Part shown: positions 25,657-37,900 of the stretch, one piece after another | Position numbering within the stretch: position 1 is the stretch's first letter | Layout of the letters: each line of letters starts with the position of its first letter | Source: Octopus sinensis | Taxonomy: Eukaryota | Direction: 5' to 3' | Length of the DNA stretch: 64,000 nucleotides | Assembly (NCBI RefSeq): GCF_006345805.1 | Contig: NC_043007.1 | Span: 19,530,001 to 19,594,000, forward strand | Translations under genes and position numbers: made by a program | The notes under the pieces: model-generated | Databases searched by the model: none | The model's input: only the letters and a program-made list of their open reading frames with translations | What the model was told of the DNA's origin: nothing

Positions 25657-28600
25657 CATATATATATATACATACATATACAAATATACATATATATACA
25701 TATACATACATATACAAATATTCACACATCGTTATATTCAGAAAAAAAATATGGAGAAGACGTATACTCTAAGAAGCAGAGCAGTCTATATTTATTACTG
25801 GTGAAGGCTGGTTTACAGGGTTATCCTGCGTTTCTCGCCACAGAGATACTCTTTATGGCTTATCATCAGACCCTAAAACTTGGGGGTCTGATGATACTCC
25901 ATAAAGATACTCTTTATGGCAAGAAACCCAGGGTAACTCTATAAACAGGCCTTCACCATATATATATATATATATCTGTGTGTATGTATATATCTATGAA
26001 TATTTGAAAAAGTGAATACAAATGGCTTTTCTGATAATTTCTTGACCCTGACAATTTGTTGTTTATAAATCATTAGGTTTTTGTAAACAGTTAATTAGAA
26101 GCGACTCATTGTTAAAGTGGAAAAATTATCAGCTCAGATATATAATACTGTACCAAGGCCTTTCTGTTTCTAGTTCTACTCTCTATGTGTATATATAAAT
26201 ATATATGTGTGTGTATGTGTATTTACATATATATGTATATATATACTCTTTTTACTCTTTTACTTGTTTCAGTCATTTGACTGTGGCCATGCTGGAGCAC
26301 CGCCTTATATATATATATATCTTATATCTTTTTATTTTTTACTTGTTTCAGTCATTAGACTGTGGCCATCCTGGAGCACACACCTTGCAAAAATTTTAAT
26401 CAGTCAAATCAACCTCAATGCTTATTTTCTTAAAGCCTGGTACTTATTTTATCAGGCGCTTTTGCTGAACTGCTAAGTAACTGGGATGTAAACAAACCAA
26501 CATAGGTTATCATTCCATAAATGAAACATGCATTAAACACAACAAAACATTGGACAGACACCAGAACCCTAATACTTCATCAGTTATCGACCCCAAAATA
26601 TTAATTCCTAGTTTCATGATTTTAACGATAAAACTAGGGACTTCATGTATCAGTGGCACCCCCAAGATTTGCGGAGTATTAGGGCTCAAACTAGCAAAAT
26701 AATACAGGGTGGACATATGAAAGTAAATAACAGTGATTTGAAAGACAATAAATGAATGAATAGAAATCCTGAAATGGATATAAAGAAGAGAATTGGGAAG
26801 AGAAAAAAAAAGAGCTGTGTGGTAAGTAGCTTGCTTACCAACCACATGGTTCCGGGTTCAGTCCCACTGCGTGGCACCTTGGGCAAGTGTCTTCTACTAT
26901 AGCCTCGGGCCGTCCAAAGCCTTGTGATTGGATTTGGTAGAAAGAAACTGAAAGAAGCCCGTCGTATATATGAATATATATGTGTGTGTGTCTGTGTTTG
27001 TCCCCCAACATCGCTTGACAACCGATGCTGGTGTGTTTACATCTCTGTAACTTAGCGGTTTGGCAAAAGAGACCGATAGAATAAGTACTAGGCTTACAAA
27101 GAATAAGTCCTGGGGTCGATTTGCTCGACTAAAGGCGATGCTCCGGCTTGGCCGCAGTCAAATTACTGAAACAAGTAAAAGAGTAAAGAGTAAAAAGAGT
27201 AATTAAGAAGAGAAAAAAGATTGTCCAGTACACTAGGTATCCAGCAGGGAAAAGCCAGCATCTGTGACCCCTGCAGGGCCTCCGAGGGCTCTGGGAGAGA
27301 GGGAGGAAGGGATAAAAGCTTTCTCAAGCTAGAAAATATTATTAAGTAATTTAGTTTCTGAGTTGAAGAATTTAGTTAACTTCACTCTTTGGGGGATAAA
27401 TAAATATCAGTAATATACTAGTAGAAACCAATTTATGTAATTAAACTCATTTAGTAGGTTCTCCTATATATTGTACATCATTAATATGGTTTAGGGAAGA
27501 AGAGTGCGGATGGATGAGGAGAGATGTATGAAGAAGTGCCACTCCCAAACAGCTGAAGGAATCCGAGGTAGAGGTAGACCCAGGAAGACATGGGATGAGG
27601 TGGTCAAGCATGACTTTTGAATGTTGGGTCTCACAGAGGCAATGACGAAAGACCGAGACCTCTGGAGATATGCTATGACTGCAAAGACCCAACAAATAAC
27701 GTGAGTTCGTGGCTGTTTCCTGCACCAGATTCACATAGAAGCCCCATCCCTTCCAAAGTGCCTTGGATCACAGGACGGCCTGCTGTACTTACCTTGGATC
27801 GTAGGGTGACCTGCGGTGCTTGAGGAGACCTATTGAGTCAAGTACATCAACATCAACATCAAAAAATCAAATAGAAATTGTAGTTGTGATACCTGTGCCG
27901 GTGGCACGTAAAATGCACCATCTGTACATGGCCAATGCCAGTGCCGCTTTGACTGGCTTCTGTATCGGTGGCACGTAAAAAGCACCAACTGATCATGGCC
28001 ATTGCCAGCCTCTCCTGGCACGTAAAAAAAGCACCCACTATACTCACAGAGTGGTTGGTGTTAGGAAGGGCATCCAGCTGTAGAAACACTGCCAGATCAG
28101 ACTGGAGCCTGGTGCAGCCTCCTGGCTTCCCAGACCCCAGTTAAATCATCCAACCCATGCTAGCATGGAAAGCGGACGTTAAACGATGTTGATGATGATG
28201 ATGATGATGAAATGGAAGATGCCGGGGCTTCTTTATTTTTTTTTTAAGTAAGAATTCTAGCTTATAACATTTTGTTTAAATTCCTGTGATGTTATTTCTA
28301 TAAACATTCTGTCTAAACACGTTCTGCAAACTCTGAGACACAAGGAATTTATGCTTAACCAGCGCTAAATAAATTAGGTTTCTGTGTTTCTGTGTTGCTG
28401 TCATCATAGGAAATTTGTCCAACATTTAAGTGTGTCATCACAGCCGTGTTATAATGGTTATAACAGCCATTTCTTACATTAGGAACAATGCTGGGATCAG
28501 GTGTGGGTGGGTGGTAAGAAGCTTGCTTCCCAACCACATGGTTCCGGGTTCAGCCCTACTACATGGCACCATGGGCAAGTGGCCTTCATTGATGCTACAG

Positions 28601-28756
28601 CCTTGGGCTGACCAATGCCTTGTGAGTGGATTTGGTAGATGGAAAAACTGAAAGATGCCTATCGCCTATAGATATATATGTATATATATATATATATATA
28701 TGTATCTATATGTATCTATATGTATATATATATGTATATATATATGTATCTATATG

Positions 28757-28815
<59 letters not shown>

Positions 28816-29677
28816 CATCATCATCATTGATTAACGTCCTTTTTCCATGCTAGCATGGGTTGGACGGTTTGACTGAGGGCTGGTGAACCAGATCGCTGCA
28901 CCAGGCTCCAGTCTTGATCTGTATATATATAAATAATATAAAGTTAGCACGAGTCACAAGGATGCAGAAACAGCAATGACCTGTTTAGAAATAGGAGCTA
29001 AATTCCTAATATACAACCTCCATTTAAAGATATTTACTGTCAATGATATTGAAAGTAGTGACATCTTATTTCGAGCGTAAATGCTTGGATGTCTTTTGCT
29101 TATATATATGTGTGTGTGTCTGTGTGTGTGTATACAAAATATGGAGCTTTGTTCACATGTGATCTAAATGACTAGGTATGCTGGATAAGTGCTGTAACGG
29201 ATTACCAGGGGTCCAAGGTCATAGCTGAGACAGGAGTTATGGAACAATTATAGATTTCCGATATAGCGGAAATGTAATTGTTAAAGAGGACAACAGACGC
29301 TAAGGCAAGACAGACGTCTCAAGTTATATACGTTATTATTGCTGGGAAAATTGAAAGCCTTACAGCTGTTTCTGGGATGTCCCTAAGTATGGGGTCTTCC
29401 GTTGTCGGAGACAAATAGGGAAAATGTGAAGGGTTTAGATTAAGGAAACGATGACATAGAGGACAAGAGAAAAGGAATAACAAAATAAAGAAAATGAAGA
29501 CAAAAGAAACGTATCTGTGTGGTAAGTAGCTTGCTTACCAACCACATGGTTCCAGGTTCAGTCCCACTGCGTGGCACCTTGGGCAAGTGTCTTCTACTAT
29601 AGCCTTGGGCTGACCAAAGCCTTGTGAGTGGATTTGGATGACGGAAACTGAAAGAACCCCTTCGTGTATATATATAT

Positions 29678-29718
<41 letters not shown>

Positions 29719-30295
29719 TTGTCCATCGCCACCAATTGTCCATCACCACTTGACAACCAATGCATACATATGGCCATGCACATTCATAATAGGCTTCCTC
29801 ACAGTTTCCGTTGACCAAATTCACTCGAAAGGCATTGTTTGACCTAGAACTAGCATAGGCGGCACTTGCCCAAGGTGGCACACAGTGGGGACTGAACTTG
29901 AGACCACACGGCTGCAAGGCCTGCTTCTTAACCAGACACACACACATACACGCACACACGTACACACGCAAATAAATGCAAATAGCAGATCCTGTTTTGA
30001 TATGAATGTTCCATTTTAATGAGGCCCAGCTTGAAACAGGATATACATATATTTATATCTAAAAGAAGATTTTTTTTTAAACTGCAGACTCTAGCTTAAG
30101 TATCAAGAGTTGACATGCGTGTGTGTGTGGTGTGTGTGTGTGTAAGTTCTCATACACGCATAAGCAGATACGTGCATTCATGCATAATGATAAATTTACA
30201 CACATACACACGCGCACGTACAGAGATAAGCGTCCTTGGCAGAATAAGGAACTTTGAACTGAGTTAGTAATGTTTCTGGTATTAATAGTTCAAGC

Positions 30296-30337
<42 letters not shown>

Positions 30338-32645
30338 GGGTGGTGGGGTAGTAGTTGTAGCAGCAGCAGTAACAACAACTGATGCTGTTGTTTAACCCCT
30401 GGTCGGACCTAATCAAGTAGACTGAAGGGGGTCTCTGCTGTGATTATCCTATCCTGGCTTTTTCTTCAGACACAATGTAGGAGTGGCTGTGTGGTAAGTA
30501 GCTTGCCTACCAACCACATGGTTCCGGGTTCAGTCCCACTGCATGGCACTTTGGGCAAGTGTCTTCTACTATAGCCTTGGGCCAACCAAAGCCTTGTTAG
30601 TAGATTTGGCTGATGGAAACTGAAAGAAGCCCATCGTATATATATATGTGTGTGCATCTGTGTTTGTCCCCCCAACCGATGCTGGAGTGTTTACGTCCCC
30701 ATAACTTAGCGGTTCGGCAAATAGAGACTGATAGAATAAGTACTAGGCTTACAAAGAATAAGTGTTGGGGTTGATTTGCTTGACTAAAGGTGGTGCTCCA
30801 GCATGACTGCAGTCAACTAACTGAAACAAGTAAAAGAGTATGTATGTATCTAGGGTTTTATTGTCCAATGTCAGCATGATTTGAGGAAATTTCAGCTGTT
30901 CTTTCTAGCGATTCAAGTGGCCAGTTTGAGGTTCTTTCGTAAGCTTAATTGGTTTGACAGTAATAACTCGTAACTTTTAGCTTAGAGTTTTTAATGTTGG
31001 GCATTAACGGGGTCTGATAAAGCTTACACCCTCCTTACTGCTAAAAACTACCACCTTCAACGCCACCACCACCACCACTACTGCTAACAACAACAACACT
31101 ATCACAGCTATCAACACCACCACTGCCACCACCACCAACACCGCCACCACCACCACCACCACCACTGCCAATACCACCACTGCTAACAACAACAACACTA
31201 TCACAGCTATCAACACCACCACTGCCAACACCACCAACACCGCCACCACCACCACCACCACCACTGCCAACACCACCACTGCTAACAACAACAACACTAT
31301 CACAGCTATCAACACCACCACTGCCAACACCACCACCACCACTGCTAACAACAACAACACCACCACCAACAACAACACTACCACCACCACCAACACCACC
31401 ATCACCACCAACACCATCACCACCAACACCACCACCAACACCACCACCACCATCATCACCACCACCCACAGTACTAACTGTAACATTCAGTGCACAGCAC
31501 GTGCAAGTTTACCATTGCCCTCTAAGCTGACAGAATGTGTGCATGTTTGTGTGTGTATGTGTGTGTGTGTATGAGAGAGGTGGGGTGTGTGTGTGTGTGA
31601 TGGGGTGGATGAGTAATAACTGATTAAAACCAAATTAAATGTGAAAATATTTTAGCTTTTAATCTCTCTCTCCCTCCATCCCGCCCTCCTCATCTACCCG
31701 TTGTGCACCTGCAGCCGCAACATCCCAGCTTGAGAACTGGGACATTGCATAATAGCTGGGAAGAGATTTGTTGCATGCATGAAGTTGTGGGTTTAATGCT
31801 GTTTCTCAAGGTTGTTAAGTTGAAAATGAATTAAAAAAAAAAAAAAGTAAAATACTGTCCCTCGTTCTGAGGATTTGAAACTGTGGTTAACTTTCTTCTG
31901 AATAATATGTAGCCTTGTGAAAGCATTTGGTAAACGGAAACTGAAAGAAGCCCGTCGTATATATATATGTGTGTGTTTGTGTGTCTGTGTTTGTCCCCGC
32001 AACATTGCTTGACAATCGATGCTGGTGTGTTTACGTCCTCGTAACTTAGCGGTTCGGCAAAAGAGACCGATGAATAAGTACTGGGCTTACAAAGAATAAG
32101 TCCTGTGGTCGATTTGCTCAACTAAAGGTGGTGCTCCAGCATGGCCACAGTCAAATGACTGAAACAAATAAAAGAGTAAAGAGAGTTAAGAGCTGTATAC
32201 AGGTTGGTTCTTATAAGGTTTTAAGGGGTTTCCTTTAGTGCTAAACAGGGGTTGACATGTCTCTCCTTCCCCACCCCCCTTTCTTTCTTTTTCTGTGTGT
32301 GAAAGAAAGGCGTTGTGTTGGCAGAAACGTTAGCATGCCGAGCGAAATGCTTAGCCATATTTTGCCTGCCGTTACGTTCTGAGTTCAAATTCCGCCGAGG
32401 TCGACTTTGCCTTTCATCCTTTCGGGGTCGATAAATTAAGTACCAGTTACGCACTGGGGTCGATGTAATCAACTTAATCCGTTTGTCTGTCCTTGTTTGT
32501 CCTCTCTGTGTTTAGTCCCTTGTGGGCAATAAAGAAATAGGAAACTGAAAGAAGCCTGCAGAAACAGTTCAACAGCACAGACTCCATGCAGCAATGAAGA
32601 GATGGATCTTCAGATCCTTACGACGGTCCGACTTCCATACATGCA

Positions 32646-32713
<68 letters not shown>

Positions 32714-34036
32714 CACACACACACACACACGCATGCGTGCACACACACACATACACATATATACAGATACACACAACAGGCTTCCACACAGTTTCTGTCT
32801 ACCAAATTCAGTCTTAAGGCTTTGGTCAGCATTGTGCTACAGTAGAAGACACTTGCCCTAGGTGCCATGTAGTGAAACTGAAACCCAGACCGTGGGATTG
32901 CAAAGCAGACAGATTAGATGCTGCACTCTGGGTTGCATGATCATGTGATCAACCAGACTCTCAGATGTTATGCATCACTGGTCACAATACACTTTGCATC
33001 ATTTCAGCTTTTGAATGATTCCACCCTAGTGGCCAGGTGAGCAGGCCAACATTCCCTCTGAAGAGATGGTTAGTCTATCGCAGGGTGACCCATTATACAG
33101 CTGAGTGGACTGGGGCAACATGAAATGAAGTGTCTTGCTCAAGGACACACCATATCGCTTGGACCAGTGATTGAACCCAAGATCGAGCGATCGTGAGTGC
33201 AATGCCCTAATCATCATCAAGAAGCTTGAGAGGTGGTTGGATGGAACCTACACTCGCCTCCTTATGAGAGCTCAAAATCTCTCGTGGAAGCGACATCCAA
33301 CCAAAATGCAAATATATGGGAAACTACCACCTGTGTCATCTCTTGTGAAAGGTAAGAGAGTTCAGTTTGCTGGACATTGTTGTAGAGCTGAAAACGAGGC
33401 AATTTTTACTCTTCTCCTCTGGAAGCCATCTACTCGCAATACCAGAGGGCGCACACTCTCCTACCTTGATGTAATCTCCAGGGATACAGGCATCCAGCAA
33501 CAGGACCTCCGTAATGCTATGATGGACCGTGAAGTCTGGCGTAGCATGGTAAATTCCATTGTCTCGACCACGGTCGAACAATGATGATGATGATGATCAT
33601 CATCATCATCATCATCATTTAACGTCCGCTTTCCATGCTGGCATGGGTTGGACGTATGACTGAGGGCTGGTGAACCAGATGGCTGCACCAGGCTCCAATC
33701 TTGATCTGGCAGAGTTTAATCACAAGGTAAACAAATGTCGGGGTAATTACAGCTGGAATGATCTTCATCATAGATTTGCTTGAACGTGGTTGACCTTGGG
33801 CTAAATAACTATAACAACAGCAAGACATAACAAATGATATTTGGTGCAACCCATACGCAGAAGGACGGTGAGGGGTGGGGGGACAGGGAGACAAAAAATA
33901 ACAAACAAAAAAGTACAAGGAGACAAAACCTAAAGAATCTGAGATATTTGGTGCTGTCGGGGGTGGGTGGGTGGAGGTGTTTGTGGTTGGACAATGCCAA
34001 CCCAGTAATTAAAACTGAGGAACATGTGACAAAAAT

Positions 34037-34085
<49 letters not shown>

Positions 34086-34861
34086 ATTTGCTTTGTGCCA
34101 TAACAAAAAGGTATTGATTAGGAAGTGTGTGTGTGCATGTGAGAGAGGTGAAGGGGCCGAGAGAAAGGGAAAGCGAGAGAGAGAAAGGGAGAGGGAGAGA
34201 GAGGGAAAGAGGGAGGAAATTGCTCTGAAATTATAGCAGAAACTTGGTTAATTAGATTCTTCTCCACGAGTTGGTTGTTTCATTATGATTGAGAACCATG
34301 CACACACACACACTAACTATAGGAATAAAGACTCCACAATACAATTATTTCTTATATAATAAACAACAGGTTTTTTGTTACACACACATCTCTGTATATC
34401 TGTTGATATATTGGCTTAAAATTTTGACACAAGGCCAGCGGTTTCTTTTTTTTCTTTCTTTTTTTAAAGAGTGGCTAAGTTGAGTACATCGATCGCAGTA
34501 CTCGATTGCTACTTTTTTTATCGACCCCGAAGGATGAAAAGCAAAGTCGACACCAGCAAAATTTGAACTCACGATGATTCAAGTAGTTTATTCAAAGTTT
34601 TGACAATTCGAAATGTGAAAGAAAAAAAAAAAATCAACTCTTGACCAAATCAGCCTTTGGAAACTTCTCTTGGCCAAATTCTGAAAGAACTGATATTATA
34701 ATGTCTAATGTAGGGACAATGCTACAAACCCACTGAGAGAGGCTCTCTGACTAAATTGGTCCTAGCAATGGCCATTTACTTTTATAACATCAATCATCGG
34801 AAGATGTAAGGCAAAGTTGACCTCAATGGTATTTGAACATAGACAGGGCCCAACTGAATTG

Positions 34862-34894
<33 letters not shown>

Positions 34895-34946
34895 CACACA
34901 CATATATATACATACATATCAGTATATGTATAAATATGTGTGTATG

Positions 34947-34980
<34 letters not shown>

Positions 34981-37900
34981 ATATATAGATATATATATAT
35001 ATACATATATATATGTACATATATGTATATATATAAATATATATGTGTGTGTATATATATTCGCCATGATAGATCGCCAGCTACTACGCATTCAATATTT
35101 TCTCTCCTTGTTTCTTTCTGTGTTCCTTTCTGAGGAAGAGCGTAGGCTCGAAACGTTAAAGACTTTTTCACTTCCCGAGCGTTAAACTTATACATCTGTT
35201 TGTTGTCTACACCACCTGTCTTCATCTTTTGCTTTTTGTGAATTCTCCTTATATATATATTCATACATACATATGTATGTGTGTGTGTATGTATATATAT
35301 ATATATACAGGGTGCAGGTGGCACGTAAAAAGCACCCACTACACTCATGGAGTGGTTGGCGTTAGGAAGGGCATCCAGCTGTAGAAACATTGCCAAATTA
35401 GACTGGAGCCTGGTGCAGCCTTCTGGCTTCCCAGAACCCCGGTCGAACCGTCCAACCCATGCTAGCATGGAGAACGGACGTTAAACGACGATGATATATG
35501 TATGTATTTATGAGTGTATATGTATGTAAGTATATTTTTGTAAACTCCAAAGTTATTATTTAGGTTTAAGTTCACTCGATCTCTTACTGACCTAAGAAAC
35601 TTTAAACTTTCCTTATAAATACAATATTTACTAATATAGACCACTTCTAGTCTCTACTGATTCTAGTTTTTGACATGTGTATATGTATGTGCCTGTCTAG
35701 CGTAGGATTGGTTAAGGAAAGACTTGACAATTGATGTGAAGGAGACAATATGTTTTGAAACTTTCGGTCAGATATTGCTGTTCAGTTCTATATTTAAGAG
35801 AGAAGGAATTATGTACATTATTTACATTATTTCGCTAAGGCAGAGGTAATAATAGTTTATTCTTTTATTGGCCACAAGGGCTAATATAAGTGAACATAAA
35901 GGACCTGCAACAACATAAAAGCCACCACAGGATAATATGAAGGGTTTTTTTCGTGTAAACAATAAAAAGCTATAAAAATTAAACAATGTAAAATTCCCAA
36001 TAGGGAAGGTCCTTTAAAGGTCCTCATAGAAAAATCCACAAAAGCCACGGGTGCCTGATCAACAGGGCAAAAACTCTTCTCCTTTTATCTATCGCAGGTG
36101 TATGCTCAGAATTGGTCCTTTCACGCTGGCCCTTCTTCCAACATTCACCCACCTTTCAACAAACTTGCTACAAAGCAACACTTCCCTCTCCACCCTCAAC
36201 TTCCTTATCAAGTGAAACTTGGAAAAGTTGATGAAGGTTTGGGCCGAAGAGGAAAGTGTCTGACTTTAAGCCCTTTTAAACGGGTCCACCATACTAACTC
36301 TTTCACTACAACCACCAGACAAATAAAAATTGCCTGCCCCTCCCGGCCAAAGGAGGGCGACAGGGCAGTTTTCTCTATGGATTCAGCTGATAGCTGGATC
36401 CATCCTACATGTGACAGCAGGTGTTTGACATAAACCCACATAATAATGTGCCGCCTGACTGGCCCTCATGCTGGTGGCACGTAAAAGCACCCACTACACT
36501 CTCAGAGTGGTTGGTGTTAGGAAGGGCATCCAGCTGTAGAAACTCTGCCAGATCAGATTGGAGTCTGGTGCAGCCATCTGGTTCGCCAGATGGCTGCACC
36601 AGTCAAATCATCCAACCCATGCTAGCATGGAAAGCGGACGTTAAACGATGAATAATAATAATAATAATAATGATAAATTTCTGTATTGCTCTGTTGAATT
36701 TGTTAAATTTTTGTTTCTTTTCAGGTGTCTAAGGAATGGTTGAAGAACCTCAGCCGGGAAACTATTGGTGGTGGCACATGTGATGACCAAGTGTATTTAG
36801 CTGCTGACCTCTGTGATGAATATTTAGCAGCTTCCAACGATGACCTTCCCTTGGAATGGTTACGTGTTCTGGTCAGGGTGGTTGATAAATCTGACCAGCT
36901 TATTAATGAGTAAGTGATGCTTTCCTCTGTTGCTCTTTCTCTATTTGTAGGTGTGTGCATGTGTGTGTGTGTGCATGCATCAATGTGCTGCAGTGCTTGA
37001 GAGAGATAAAGAAATATTTGTATGTGTGTGTGCTTGAAAACAATAAAGAGGTATTTGCATGAGTGTGTATATGTATATATGTATGTGTGATAATTATAAT
37101 ATGAGGGAATATTATTCCAAACTTACAGGGGAAAATTCAATTTAGAAATACTAGGAAAGAGAGAAGAGAGATATATAAACATACATACATACACACACAC
37201 ACACACACTCACATAAAAAAAATCCAACTGTAACTCTGTCGGTTTCGACAATGAAGGTTCCAGATGATATGATCAACAGAACAGCCTGCTTGTGAAATTA
37301 ACATGCAAGTGGCTGAGTATACCACAGGGAGATTCAGCATGATGCACCAAATGTGACAAGGGTGGCCCTTTTGAAAAACAGGTACGAATCATTTTTGCCA
37401 GCTGAGTGGACTTGGAAGCAAAGTGAAATAAAGTGTCTTGCTCAAGGACATAGTGTACAATAAAAAATTGAACTCACGACGTTATAATCATGAGCCGAAT
37501 CCCCTAACCATTAAGCCACACACCCTCACTACATACCCACACACATACATCCATAACAGACCTGTTTCATGAAGTTTTCTCTGCTCTCTACCATCCTTTG
37601 ACCAGTTTACCTGACCGTCCTCTCTGTTGTGACCTGAAGGACTACAGCCTGTCTGAGTTGTTGACATACATTTGTCAGGAAAATCGAAAGAACCTCTACC
37701 AGAATGCCTGCTTGAACTTACTCACACGGCAAGTAACGAATGAAGGTAAAAAGAGGAAGGTAAGTCATTCATTCACATTAGATACAGTTGTTGTTGTTTT
37801 GTTTGTTGAGCGAAGCGGTCTTCGTCCCAGAGCTTGCAAGATCGCAACTCAGGATTATCTATAGTGGGAGAAGCCCGAAACATGGTCCTTTGCTATTCCT

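Noticed and set aside
37729-37734. Non-canonical GC donor (CG|GCAAGT) for exon 3
   Set aside because: Phase 2 matches neither acceptor of exon 4.
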